Virus record (IMG/VR): IMGVR_UViG_3300042514_002937 | Location: 1 to 37,043 of that record | DNA: 37,043 bases | Origin: a virus | Taxonomy: Duplodnaviria > Caudoviricetes | Strand: one strand, 5' to 3' | Shown: piece after piece, positions 24,817-32,404 of the stretch | Numbering within the stretch: the stretch's first letter is position 1 | Layout of the letters: the number at the start of each line of letters is the position of its first letter | Position numbers and translations under genes: made by a program | The notes under the pieces: generated by a model | Database searches by the model: none | The model's input: the letters and a program-made list of their open reading frames with translations, nothing else | What the model was told of the DNA's origin: nothing

Positions 24817-25272
24817 CTAGGGGATGAGGTGCTGCAGGAGGCTGTCGCGGATCTGATCGAGGTCGGCATCGGTGAAGCCGAGCAGTTGCCGCTCGGGGTA
24901 TTGCACGTCGGGGGCGTTGCGGCCGGGGCGGTCGCGCAGGCCGTATTGGTGCACGCGGGCCAGGCGGGCGGTGCGCTGCATAAAGCCGAGGGTGATGCTG
25001 TCGGGCGTGCTGCGCAGTTTGAGGTGTTTGGCCTGGCGCAACTTGCTGAACATTTGGCGCTTTATGCGGCCTTGCTTGCCGCGCAGGTTTTGCCGGGCTT
25101 TGCGCGGGGTGTAGGCGCTGCCGTCGGGGTTTTGCTGGGCGGCGATGCGCTGTTGCTGGCTGCGGCGCAGCTCACGCGCCACGCTTTGGTTGAGTTTGCG
25201 GCGCTCGGCCGGTTGCAGTTTGGCGAGCAGCGCGCCGGCCCAGTCTTCCAGGGCGGTTAGTTCATCACTCAC
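24817..25272 (-). CDS. Tail completion gpS (virion morphogenesis)
   Basis: QQNPDGSAY; ARVHQYG; RQLLG; GTG start overlapping the gpR stop. Confidence 0.9.
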   Translation of the reverse strand: MSDELTALEDWAGALLAKLQPAERRKLNQSVARELRRSQQQRIAAQQNPDGSAYTPRKARQNLRGKQGRIKRQMFSKLRQAKHLKLRSTPDSITLGFMQRTARLARVHQYGLRDRPGRNAPDVQYPERQLLGFTDADLDQIRDSLLQHLIP

Positions 25273-25748
25273 GGCGTGCCCCATTGGGCGATCACTTCGC
25301 CGCTGGGCGTTTCAAGGCGCAGGGCGCTGAGGGTGAGGGTGTCTTCGACGGTGGGTTCGTCGGGGTGGGTGACGATCAGTGTGCCGTCGTCCTGCTTTTT
25401 GACGATCACGCGCTCGGTGAGCGGCAGCTTGATGGAGAGGTCCACTTTGCTGCTGTCGAGCACGTCGGCCTCAAAGCTGATGGCGTCTTTGCCTTTTTCG
25501 AGGTTTTCGATCAGGTCGCGTTGGTTGATCAGTACCCAGGCCAGCAGCGGGATGGCGACGGCATCCGGGTGGCCGGGGTAGTCGGTGAGGATGATGTTGA
25601 GCGTGTAGCTGTATTCAAACGAAAGCCCCGGCGCGGCAGTGCTGCGGATCACGCCCTGGTCAATAAAGACCATGAGGCGGTCGGGCTGGGCGTTGAGGTC
25701 GCGCACGCTGGCCAGCAGGTGGGCGCGCAGGGATTCGGGTTTGTTCAT
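25269..25748 (-). CDS. Tail completion gpR
   Basis: MNKPESLR; SFEYSYTL; LTERV. Confidence 0.9.
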   Translation of the reverse strand: MNKPESLRAHLLASVRDLNAQPDRLMVFIDQGVIRSTAAPGLSFEYSYTLNIILTDYPGHPDAVAIPLLAWVLINQRDLIENLEKGKDAISFEADVLDSSKVDLSIKLPLTERVIVKKQDDGTLIVTHPDEPTVEDTLTLSALRLETPSGEVIAQWGTP

Positions 25749-26008
25749 GGGGCTGCTCGCGGTTTTTGGTGCTGGTAGATCATGTCGACCTGGGCGGCGC
25801 ATTCGGCCCAGGCCAGTTCGGCGCGCTCCAGTTCGGTGAGCAGTTCGCCGTTAGTGTTGGGGCTGGTTACTGGCAGCAGGCACGGCACCACTGCCGGACA
25901 GCCAGTCTCGATAACCAGCGGCTCCGGTGATGGTGGGGCGCTGGCGCAGCCGGCGAGCAGCAGCAGGGAGAGGCTGATCAGCCCAATGGCGCAGTTCGGC
26001 GTTTTCAC
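25745..26008 (-). CDS. lysC: o-spanin Rz1/LysC lipoprotein
   Basis: AAGGAG + GTG start; lipobox LLLLAGC; CPAVVPC; CAAQVD; overlaps lysB in another frame. Confidence 0.85.
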   Translation of the reverse strand: MKTPNCAIGLISLSLLLLAGCASAPPSPEPLVIETGCPAVVPCLLPVTSPNTNGELLTELERAELAWAECAAQVDMIYQHQKPRAAP

Positions 26009-26294
26009 GTTGCAGCTCCTTGATCTGGTGTTCGCGTTCGGTGAGGCCTTGGCGCAGCAGGTGTTGCGTGCTGCGCAGGGAGGCTTGCGCGGTGCGTTCG
26101 GCCTGCAGGGCATCGGTGAGGGTGGTGATGGTGACGGCTTGGCGCTGGATGCGTTGCTCGGCGTGCTGTTGACGTTCGGCGGCCAGTGTTTCGCGGGCCT
26201 TAACGGCTTGGCTTTGCTGGTACTGGCCCCAGAACAGCAGGCCGAGGGCGGCGAACAGGGCGAGGCCGTAGCCGATTTGGCGCAGGGTGGTCAC
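25851..26294 (-). CDS. lysB: i-spanin Rz/LysB
   Basis: N-terminal TM, coiled coil, ENAELRHWADQPLP. Confidence 0.88.
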   Translation of the reverse strand: MTTLRQIGYGLALFAALGLLFWGQYQQSQAVKARETLAAERQQHAEQRIQRQAVTITTLTDALQAERTAQASLRSTQHLLRQGLTEREHQIKELQRENAELRHWADQPLPAAARRLRQRPTITGAAGYRDWLSGSGAVPAASNQPQH

Positions 26295-26767
26295 GAAAAG
26301 CACTCCCCGAGGTACAGCAGGCGGAACTCTTCCGGAGTGTGTCGAAGACGAGCCTCTTTTAGGCCTTCGCCCATGTCGAATGGCCAATAGAACCGTTCAA
26401 AGTGACCATTGGCAGCCTGGATGAGTTGCAGCAGCGGGTCATTTTCGGTTGAAGCTTCGCCAAGCTTTCTCAAAAAACGTGGTGTGGTGGCGTAGTAGCC
26501 GCCTTCACGCACTTCGGTTGATTCCAGCCAATCAAATTCATCGTAGAACCAGACCAAGCGATCTGGATTTAGGCAGATTGGCAGGGGTTGGCCGTCTTCT
26601 AGTACCACAACGCCAGGCATTTTCTGGCGCAGTTCTGCGGCCACTCCAGGCACACACACGAATGCAACCTTATGGCCAGTTGCGGTCAGCTTGTTGGCCA
26701 GTTCGATCAGGCGTGCGGTTTTGCCGGTTTGGCGTGGGCTTATATCGAGATAGGCGATGTTGATCAT
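26291..26767 (-). CDS. Miniature terminase-ATPase-like P-loop protein (158 aa)
   Basis: SPRQTGKT Walker A, WFYDEF Walker B, ATTP, EEFRLLYLGE; ATGA/GTGA coupling on both sides. Confidence 0.8.
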   Translation of the reverse strand: MINIAYLDISPRQTGKTARLIELANKLTATGHKVAFVCVPGVAAELRQKMPGVVVLEDGQPLPICLNPDRLVWFYDEFDWLESTEVREGGYYATTPRFLRKLGEASTENDPLLQLIQAANGHFERFYWPFDMGEGLKEARLRHTPEEFRLLYLGECFS

Positions 26768-27615
26768 GCCGCCACCTGCTGGCCACAACCACAGCCCGCG
26801 TGGCGCTCGTAGGCGCGCTCCAGCTTCACGTCGTACAGATTGCGGGCGAAGGCCGGGCCGTTGTAGCGGCGGGCGAACTCGGCCCACTTTTTGGCTTTGA
26901 GGGCTTTGTGCAGGGCGGGGTCGGCTTCGATAAAGCGCACGAAGGCCTCGAAGTGCTGGTTTTCGTCCTGCGCCATGCGGGTGAGGAAGTCGTCGAGGCT
27001 GCTGTAGCCCAGGTGCTGCCAGTGGTAGCCCATGATTTGGAACGCGCCCCAGCTGCAGGCCTGCGGCGCGCAAAGGGCGTCAATCATTTTGGCATTGGCC
27101 AGGCGCTGGTGTTCGGCGGTGCCGCCGGCGTAGCCACCGGGGCGGGTGTTGACCAGGTTGGGGTGCAGTTGGGCGAGCTGGTCGGCGTGGGCTTTGAGCG
27201 CGGCGGCATCGTCGTCTTTGCGCTGGGGGGTGGCCAGCAGGCGGTGCATCTGATGACGCTCAAAGAGGATTTTGGGTTTGCCGTTGACCAGGAAGCCCGC
27301 GCCAGTGCTTTCCACTTCGTTGACGGCATACACGGCGGCCAGCTCCACGCCCAGGCGTTTGGCAGCGGCCACCAGGGTGGCGTTTTGCAGCAGCTTGCTG
27401 CAGTCGGCACCGGTCAGGGCGGCAAGGGTTTTGGGGCCTGCGATGCCATCCACGACCAGGCCGACTTTGAGCTGATAGGCGCGCACGGCTTTCTCGGTTT
27501 CGTCGCCGAAGTCGCCATCGGCAAACAGCTTGGCTCCGTTGGCGTTGAGGGCGCGTTGCAGTTGCAGCACGGCTTGGCCTTTGGAGCCGTGGCGCAGGCG
27601 TTGGGGCTGGGTCAT
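26764..27615 (-). CDS. Modular endolysin: PG-binding domain + N-acetylmuramidase (DUF3380-type)
   Basis: DGDFG..T, DGIAGPKT; VES.G.GF, ILFERH, SWGAFQIMG, FARRYNG. Confidence 0.93.
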   Translation of the reverse strand: MTQPQRLRHGSKGQAVLQLQRALNANGAKLFADGDFGDETEKAVRAYQLKVGLVVDGIAGPKTLAALTGADCSKLLQNATLVAAAKRLGVELAAVYAVNEVESTGAGFLVNGKPKILFERHQMHRLLATPQRKDDDAAALKAHADQLAQLHPNLVNTRPGGYAGGTAEHQRLANAKMIDALCAPQACSWGAFQIMGYHWQHLGYSSLDDFLTRMAQDENQHFEAFVRFIEADPALHKALKAKKWAEFARRYNGPAFARNLYDVKLERAYERHAGCGCGQQVAA

Positions 27616-27893
27616 GGGGTGGGCCTCAGTAGGGTGGCGAGGTTGCCGCGCGAGCGGTAAACGATGATGCACAGCAGCACTGCCACGGCGGTTTGCCAGG
27701 GGCTGACGGGCTTGTGGTAGAGCAGGATCTCCAGCCCTGCGCAGAGCAGGGCGGCGATGAGCAGGCAGGCGAGCAGGGAGATACCCCGGCGGATGCGCGC
27801 GCCGTTGCGCTGGAAGCACACCAGGCGCATGGCTGAGGCGATGTAGGCGACGGCGGCGAGCAGCGGCAGCAGGCTGCTGAGGTTGGCTAGCAT
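27612..27893 (-). CDS. Holin (3 TM)
   Basis: Three hydrophobic segments, RSRGNLA tail, position before the endolysin. Confidence 0.8.
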   Translation of the reverse strand: MLANLSSLLPLLAAVAYIASAMRLVCFQRNGARIRRGISLLACLLIAALLCAGLEILLYHKPVSPWQTAVAVLLCIIVYRSRGNLATLLRPTP

Positions 27894-27895
27894 GG

Positions 27896-28261
27896 TCACT
27901 CTCCTTTGCCTCGCTTGAACCACGCGGGCACCAGGGCGGCGAAGTCGGTCTTTTCGATCAGCTCCAGCACCTTGAGGGCTATGGGCACGACGATGATGGC
28001 CCCGACAAAACCACCGGGGCCGGTTTGGGTGATGGGGGTTTGCGCGACGATTTCGGCGGCGCTGACGTAGCCAGCACCCACGGAGACCATGAGGCCGGTG
28101 CAGCGCTGCCAGGCTTTGAGGTCGCGTTGGTTCATAGCGATCAGGGCGGCACCGATGATGGCGCCGAACAGGGCGTTGCCATCCAGGGCGGGCATGAGGG
28201 TGGCCAGGCCAACGCCGGCAGCGGCGGTGGCGATAACGGTGCTGGTGGTGGGCTCAGCCAT
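27896..28261 (-). CDS. Putative holin/antiholin membrane protein
   Basis: MAEPTTS start, several TM segments, located in the lysis cassette. Confidence 0.75.
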   Translation of the reverse strand: MAEPTTSTVIATAAAGVGLATLMPALDGNALFGAIIGAALIAMNQRDLKAWQRCTGLMVSVGAGYVSAAEIVAQTPITQTGPGGFVGAIIVVPIALKVLELIEKTDFAALVPAWFKRGKGE

Positions 28262-28736
28262 GGGGCGTCCTTTCTTGGCGGTCGGTCAGGCCGTGGGCGA
28301 GTTGCACAAACGGCAGGCGGTTGATGCGGCGCACCAGTTCACCCAGTTGCGCGGGTGAGTAGCGCTGTGGGCTGGCAAAGCCGAGGGCGGCGGCGCAGAA
28401 CTCGCTGCAGAACCAGCGGCGCTGGCTGTGCAGGCCGCTGGCAAGCAGCTGGCTGAGGAACAGGCCGGCCCAGTCGTAGCCCATGGCTTTGTGCTGCTGG
28501 TAGAGCCATTCGATTTGGTGACGCTCGGCCCAGGGCAGGGGCAGCAGGTCCCAGTGTTCGATGTTCAGCTCGATACGTTTGGCGCGCACGCCGCCGTCCA
28601 TGGCTGAGGCTGACAGCCACTGGCCGCCCTGCATGACCAGTTCGCAGTGGCTGTATTTGGAGCCCGTCCAGAGGCGAATGAGGCGGTTGAACAGGGTGCC
28701 TTTGCCTTTGTAGAGGGCGAGGTAGATCAGTCCCAT
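28254..28736 (-). CDS. Permuted NlpC/P60 (YiiX/YaeF-like) papain-fold protein
   Basis: YSHCEL (His), GYDW, WFCSEF (Cys after His). Confidence 0.75.
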   Translation of the reverse strand: MGLIYLALYKGKGTLFNRLIRLWTGSKYSHCELVMQGGQWLSASAMDGGVRAKRIELNIEHWDLLPLPWAERHQIEWLYQQHKAMGYDWAGLFLSQLLASGLHSQRRWFCSEFCAAALGFASPQRYSPAQLGELVRRINRLPFVQLAHGLTDRQERTPHG

Positions 28737-28936
28737 AGGTTGACCACTTGGCGTTGGGCGGCTTGGGTGGCAGCCGCGGGCATGGTGATGAGGGTGCCGT
28801 TGGGCAGCACGGGGCCGAGGTCGGCCAGGCCGGGGTTGGCTTCGAGCACCTGCTCGACCACGCCAGCGGTGCGGCCGTAGTAGCGCCAGCAGATGGCGTC
28901 GACGGTGTCACCTTGGTGGGCGCGCAGGGTGGTCAT
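28727..28936 (-). CDS. Tail protein gpX (LysM-like)
   Basis: QGDTVDAICWRYYG; ANPGLA; VNLWD. Confidence 0.93.
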   Translation of the reverse strand: MTTLRAHQGDTVDAICWRYYGRTAGVVEQVLEANPGLADLGPVLPNGTLITMPAAATQAAQRQVVNLWD

Positions 28937-29400
28937 TACAGCGACTCCACGGTGGCGTGGCTGATGCCGAGGATGGTGCGCAGGGCTTTGCGGGCGTCGC
29001 GGCGCAGCTGGTCGGGGCTGCTTTCTTCCTCGCTGGCGCGTTGGTCGCCGCTGTTGGTGGCGTCGAAGCCCTGGTAGCGCTCGATCAGTTCGGCGGCGGT
29101 GTTGCAGTAGATGACGCGCCGGTAGAGGTGCACCAGGGCGCTTTCGTTTTTGAGTTGTTCAGCCGGGACGGCGGCCAGGGTGGTTTGGCCTTCGGCCTCG
29201 CGGGCGCTGCGGTAGGTGGCCAGCTCGCGGTTGGCCTCGATGATGGCGTTGAAGGTGGCGACCTCCAGCCGTGCATCGGTGACGGCTGAGGTGAGGCGCA
29301 TGGCGGCGCGCAGGTGGGTGCCGTCCAGGTCTGGCCAAAACCCGCCTTGGGTGATGGGGTGGGCTGTGCTGGTTGCGCCGTTGGCGATGAATCCGCTCAT
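28936..29400 (-). CDS. Head completion protein gpL
   Basis: GFWPD; RL; YRR; ERY; synteny. Confidence 0.88.
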   Translation of the reverse strand: MSGFIANGATSTAHPITQGGFWPDLDGTHLRAAMRLTSAVTDARLEVATFNAIIEANRELATYRSAREAEGQTTLAAVPAEQLKNESALVHLYRRVIYCNTAAELIERYQGFDATNSGDQRASEEESSPDQLRRDARKALRTILGISHATVESL

Positions 29401-29420
29401 GCTGCCGCTCTGAATAGGTC

Positions 29421-29482
29421 GGCGGTGGTCGGGGCTGCTCAGTGCGGGAAGGAGTCACCCGGCTGAGCATCCCCGAGCCGCC
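29421..29482 (-). other. Long stem-loop in the M-L intergenic region
   Basis: Paired segments GGCGG/CCGCC, TCGGGG/CCCCGA, TGCTCAG/CTGAGCA, CGGG/CCCG. Confidence 0.65.
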
Positions 29483-29503
29483 GGGGTGCGTGGGGACGCT
29501 CGG

Positions 29504-30295
29504 TTAGCTGGCCGGGGTTGCCTGGTTATCTTCGGCTGCAGGAGTTGCCGGGGTTGCCGGGTTCTCTTGTGGCCCCTGATCACCGGGGTTTTCCAATGGC
29601 ACAGCGTATTTCTTGAGGAGGCGGTCAACGCGCTCCAGATCTTTTCTGCCGCCGCAGCTGCTGTTGAGGTCGATGGCTTTGCTGAGGTGCGCTTGGGCGG
29701 CCTGCAGGTGGACGTGGTCCAGCTCGGCGGGCGCTTCGGCATCTACCAGGGCGAAGTAGCCTTTGCCCAGGGCGAGGTGCAGCTTGGCGCGTACTTCGTC
29801 GGGCATGTCTTGCTCGACGGTGACTTGTGCAGTGCGCTCCAGGATGTCCAGGGCGAAGCTGTTGCCGGTCTTTTGCGCTTTGAGGGCGGCCTCGGCGATT
29901 TCCTCGGCGACGAGGGTGCCGGTGGTGCGCTCAAAGCGGTCGGGCATTTTCATGCTGTGGCGGATGACGTAGTCGGCAATCTCCAGCGCGCCGGGGTAGT
30001 CGGCGGCATCGATGCGCCACAGCATGATGGTGGTGAGGACTTCGTCCTGGGCCCCGTTGCCGGATTCAAGAACGCCTTGCACGTAGGGTTGGTATTCGGG
30101 CAGCAGCACGCTTTTGAGTTCGGCCTTGCCCTGGTTGGATTGCACCTGCTTGAGGCGCGCACGGTGCTGGGCCAGTTGGGCCAGTTGCAGCTCGTAGCTG
30201 TTGGCACCGGCCATGGTGGCGGACGGTGCAACGGCTGCGGCCTCCTGGGCTGCGCGTTTGCGCAGCTGGGTGCTTTGGGCAAGGGTCAGGCTCAT
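29504..30295 (-). CDS. Terminase small ('endonuclease') subunit gpM
   Basis: QDEVLTTIMLWRIDA; DMPDEVRAKL. Confidence 0.92.
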   Translation of the reverse strand: MSLTLAQSTQLRKRAAQEAAAVAPSATMAGANSYELQLAQLAQHRARLKQVQSNQGKAELKSVLLPEYQPYVQGVLESGNGAQDEVLTTIMLWRIDAADYPGALEIADYVIRHSMKMPDRFERTTGTLVAEEIAEAALKAQKTGNSFALDILERTAQVTVEQDMPDEVRAKLHLALGKGYFALVDAEAPAELDHVHLQAAQAHLSKAIDLNSSCGGRKDLERVDRLLKKYAVPLENPGDQGPQENPATPATPAAEDNQATPAS

Positions 30296-30298
30296 GGC

Positions 30299-31369
30299 TT
30301 AGGCCCCGGTCGGCGCTGGGTAGGTCATGGCTTGGATGTTCTCCACCAGGGCGACTGCGCCGAGGTCTTCAACGACATAGGCGTCGTTGCTGGACTGGTA
30401 GTCGGCAATGCGGTCGAACTCCGGTTCGTCCTTGATGTGGCGGCGGCGTGCGCCTTCCTGCCAGTAGATGGAGAGGTTTTTCAGGAAGGTGACCAGCACG
30501 GTGCCTGCGGGGAAGAACGGGGCATCGATCACCGGCAGACCACCCAAGCGGGCGCGGCTGACGATTTCCTGGGCGGCGTTTTCTTCCTGGTTGGAGGCGG
30601 CACCCTTTTCCACGGCCTTGAGCAGTTTTTCATGCATCAGGTCGCGGCTGACCATTACGACCAGATCCGGGCGGGAACGGTGCCACGGGTCGAGCATCTG
30701 GATGGCGTCGAAGACCAGGCCGTCGAGGGTTTGGTAGTCGCCGCTGATGTCAGTCGGCACACCGGCAACGGTGATCTTTTTGCTGGCCCCTACTGTGACC
30801 TTGCCGGCTACTTTGCCTTCGTCGATGACTTGAGCTGGTGCTTTGACGCGGACTTTTTGCAGCCAGCCGATGTTGACGTCTTGCAGCAGCGGGTTGGCGG
30901 CGCGGTCGGTGCTGGCAGCCGCGCTCACGCCGTTGAAGCCGATCATGATGCGGTCGAGAGCTTGGCGCTCAAGGATGGCGTTGGTGAGCATCACCTGGAA
31001 GTTAGGGAACTTGGCCCAGGCATCCAGCAGGTTGTAGGGGAAGCAGGTATCGAAGTTGGTCTGCTTGCAGGTGTAGTTGTCTTTGGTGAGCCGGGTGACG
31101 TTGGCCGGGTTGCGGCGTGCGCCGCCTGCGGTGTTGGTGCGGCCAGCCACGGGGCCGTTGACGCCAGCGAGCAGCGGTTCGCCTTCCTGGTCGTTGACGC
31201 CAATCATGTTGATGGCTTGCAGGAATGCGCTGGATTCCTGCATGGCGCTTTCGAGCGTTTGTTGCACGCTTGGGGCGACGTTGAATTTTTCGGCGGCATT
31301 GCCCACGCCGTTGACCAGGGCGATTTGCGCGGCCAGGGCGGTGAATACGAGTCGGGTTGCGTTACGCAT
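30299..31369 (-). CDS. Major capsid protein gpN
   Basis: FNVAPSVQQ; ALDRIMIGFNG; NPLLQDVNIGW; NLSIYWQ. Confidence 0.95.
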   Translation of the reverse strand: MRNATRLVFTALAAQIALVNGVGNAAEKFNVAPSVQQTLESAMQESSAFLQAINMIGVNDQEGEPLLAGVNGPVAGRTNTAGGARRNPANVTRLTKDNYTCKQTNFDTCFPYNLLDAWAKFPNFQVMLTNAILERQALDRIMIGFNGVSAAASTDRAANPLLQDVNIGWLQKVRVKAPAQVIDEGKVAGKVTVGASKKITVAGVPTDISGDYQTLDGLVFDAIQMLDPWHRSRPDLVVMVSRDLMHEKLLKAVEKGAASNQEENAAQEIVSRARLGGLPVIDAPFFPAGTVLVTFLKNLSIYWQEGARRRHIKDEPEFDRIADYQSSNDAYVVEDLGAVALVENIQAMTYPAPTGA

Positions 31370-31402
31370 GGGGTGTTCTCCGGGTGTGCGGGCTGGTTTG
31401 GG

Positions 31403-32254
31403 TCAGAACTGGGTCAGCACTTTGCCGTCGCCGCCGGTGGCAGCGGGGCGCAGGGGCTGGCTGTGGTCAGCGGTTTGACCGAGCTGGGTTTTGAGCGTGG
31501 TCAGCTCGTTTTCCAGGCCGGTGAACTGCTGCTGGAGCGCGGCAACGGCGGTGGCCGATGCGTCGGCTTTTGCGGCCTGTTGGGTGGCGAGCGTTACCAG
31601 GCTGTCCAGGGCTTCAGCCATTTCGGAGAAGGTGTTGGCGTCCTTGCCTTCTTTGTCCTTGCTCTGTTTGAAGAACTCATCGAGCTTGGCCTTGATGCCT
31701 GCAAATACGCTGGGCTGGTCGGTGACTTCTTCGAATTCGAGTTGGGCTTCCTCGGCGGCGGTGAACAGGTTGTCTTTGTCCTGTTTGCGGTTGGCCAGGG
31801 TGCCGTGGGTGGCGCTGAATGTGAGTGCCTCGGTGCCAAGGCTGGCGGGGCTGTCGGTGATGGCCAAGCCGACCAGGTAGGCTTTGTTGGTGTCGGCAAA
31901 CTTGGGCTGCACTTCGATGGAGGTGTAGATCTTCTGCCCGGCTTTGTTGAGGGCGAGCAGGGCTTCTGTCGGTTCGAGCTGGGCATACAGGCCGAGCTTC
32001 TTCTCGCCGTTGATTTCCACTTCTTCGGCTTTCAGGGCGAGCACGTCGCCGTAGGCACCGAACTCACCACCCGGCCACATGGAGCGGTGGTGCTCGCAGT
32101 TGAGGCGTGCGCCATAGGTGGCGGGGTTGTATTGGGCGGCCATTTGCTCGATCCAGGCCCGGTCGATGGTGCGGCCGTCGGTGGTCGCGCCTTCTACGGC
32201 GATGCGGGTCCATTTGGAGCGGTACTTCTTGGCCTGGTTGGCTGTGGCTGGCAT
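31403..32254 (-). CDS. Capsid scaffolding/protease gpO
   Basis: AVEGATTDGR; YLVGLAITDSPASLGT. Confidence 0.93.
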   Translation of the reverse strand: MPATANQAKKYRSKWTRIAVEGATTDGRTIDRAWIEQMAAQYNPATYGARLNCEHHRSMWPGGEFGAYGDVLALKAEEVEINGEKKLGLYAQLEPTEALLALNKAGQKIYTSIEVQPKFADTNKAYLVGLAITDSPASLGTEALTFSATHGTLANRKQDKDNLFTAAEEAQLEFEEVTDQPSVFAGIKAKLDEFFKQSKDKEGKDANTFSEMAEALDSLVTLATQQAAKADASATAVAALQQQFTGLENELTTLKTQLGQTADHSQPLRPAATGGDGKVLTQF

Positions 32255-32298
32255 TGGGTCTGTCCTCGATGCGGTGGCGGTGCCATTGCGTTGAGGGC

Positions 32299-32397
32299 AT
32301 GGTCGGCACCGCGCGCGCAGGCGGCAACGCGGCGCTGTTGTTAGCGGCGGCCTGACAATACGGGGTGCGGGTAGGCTTCGCGTGCGCGCGTCAGCAT
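32299..32397. promoter_or_regulatory. Divergent late promoters pO/pP sharing one Ogr-type site
   Basis: TTGTTAG-N7-CTGACAA (32338-32358) with CG tracts 20 bp away and hexamers 33 bp away on both sides. Confidence 0.75.
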
Positions 32398-32404
32398 CTG
32401 CGCC

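Noticed and set aside
26291-27073. 260-aa version of the P-loop ORF
   Set aside because: The N-terminal extension overlaps the endolysin out of frame; ATG 26767 is coupled to the endolysin stop
29486-32344. 952-aa plus-strand ORF antisense to M-N-O
   Set aside because: Mirror-frame ORF with no RBS or domain; it crosses three genes only because they share a frame register
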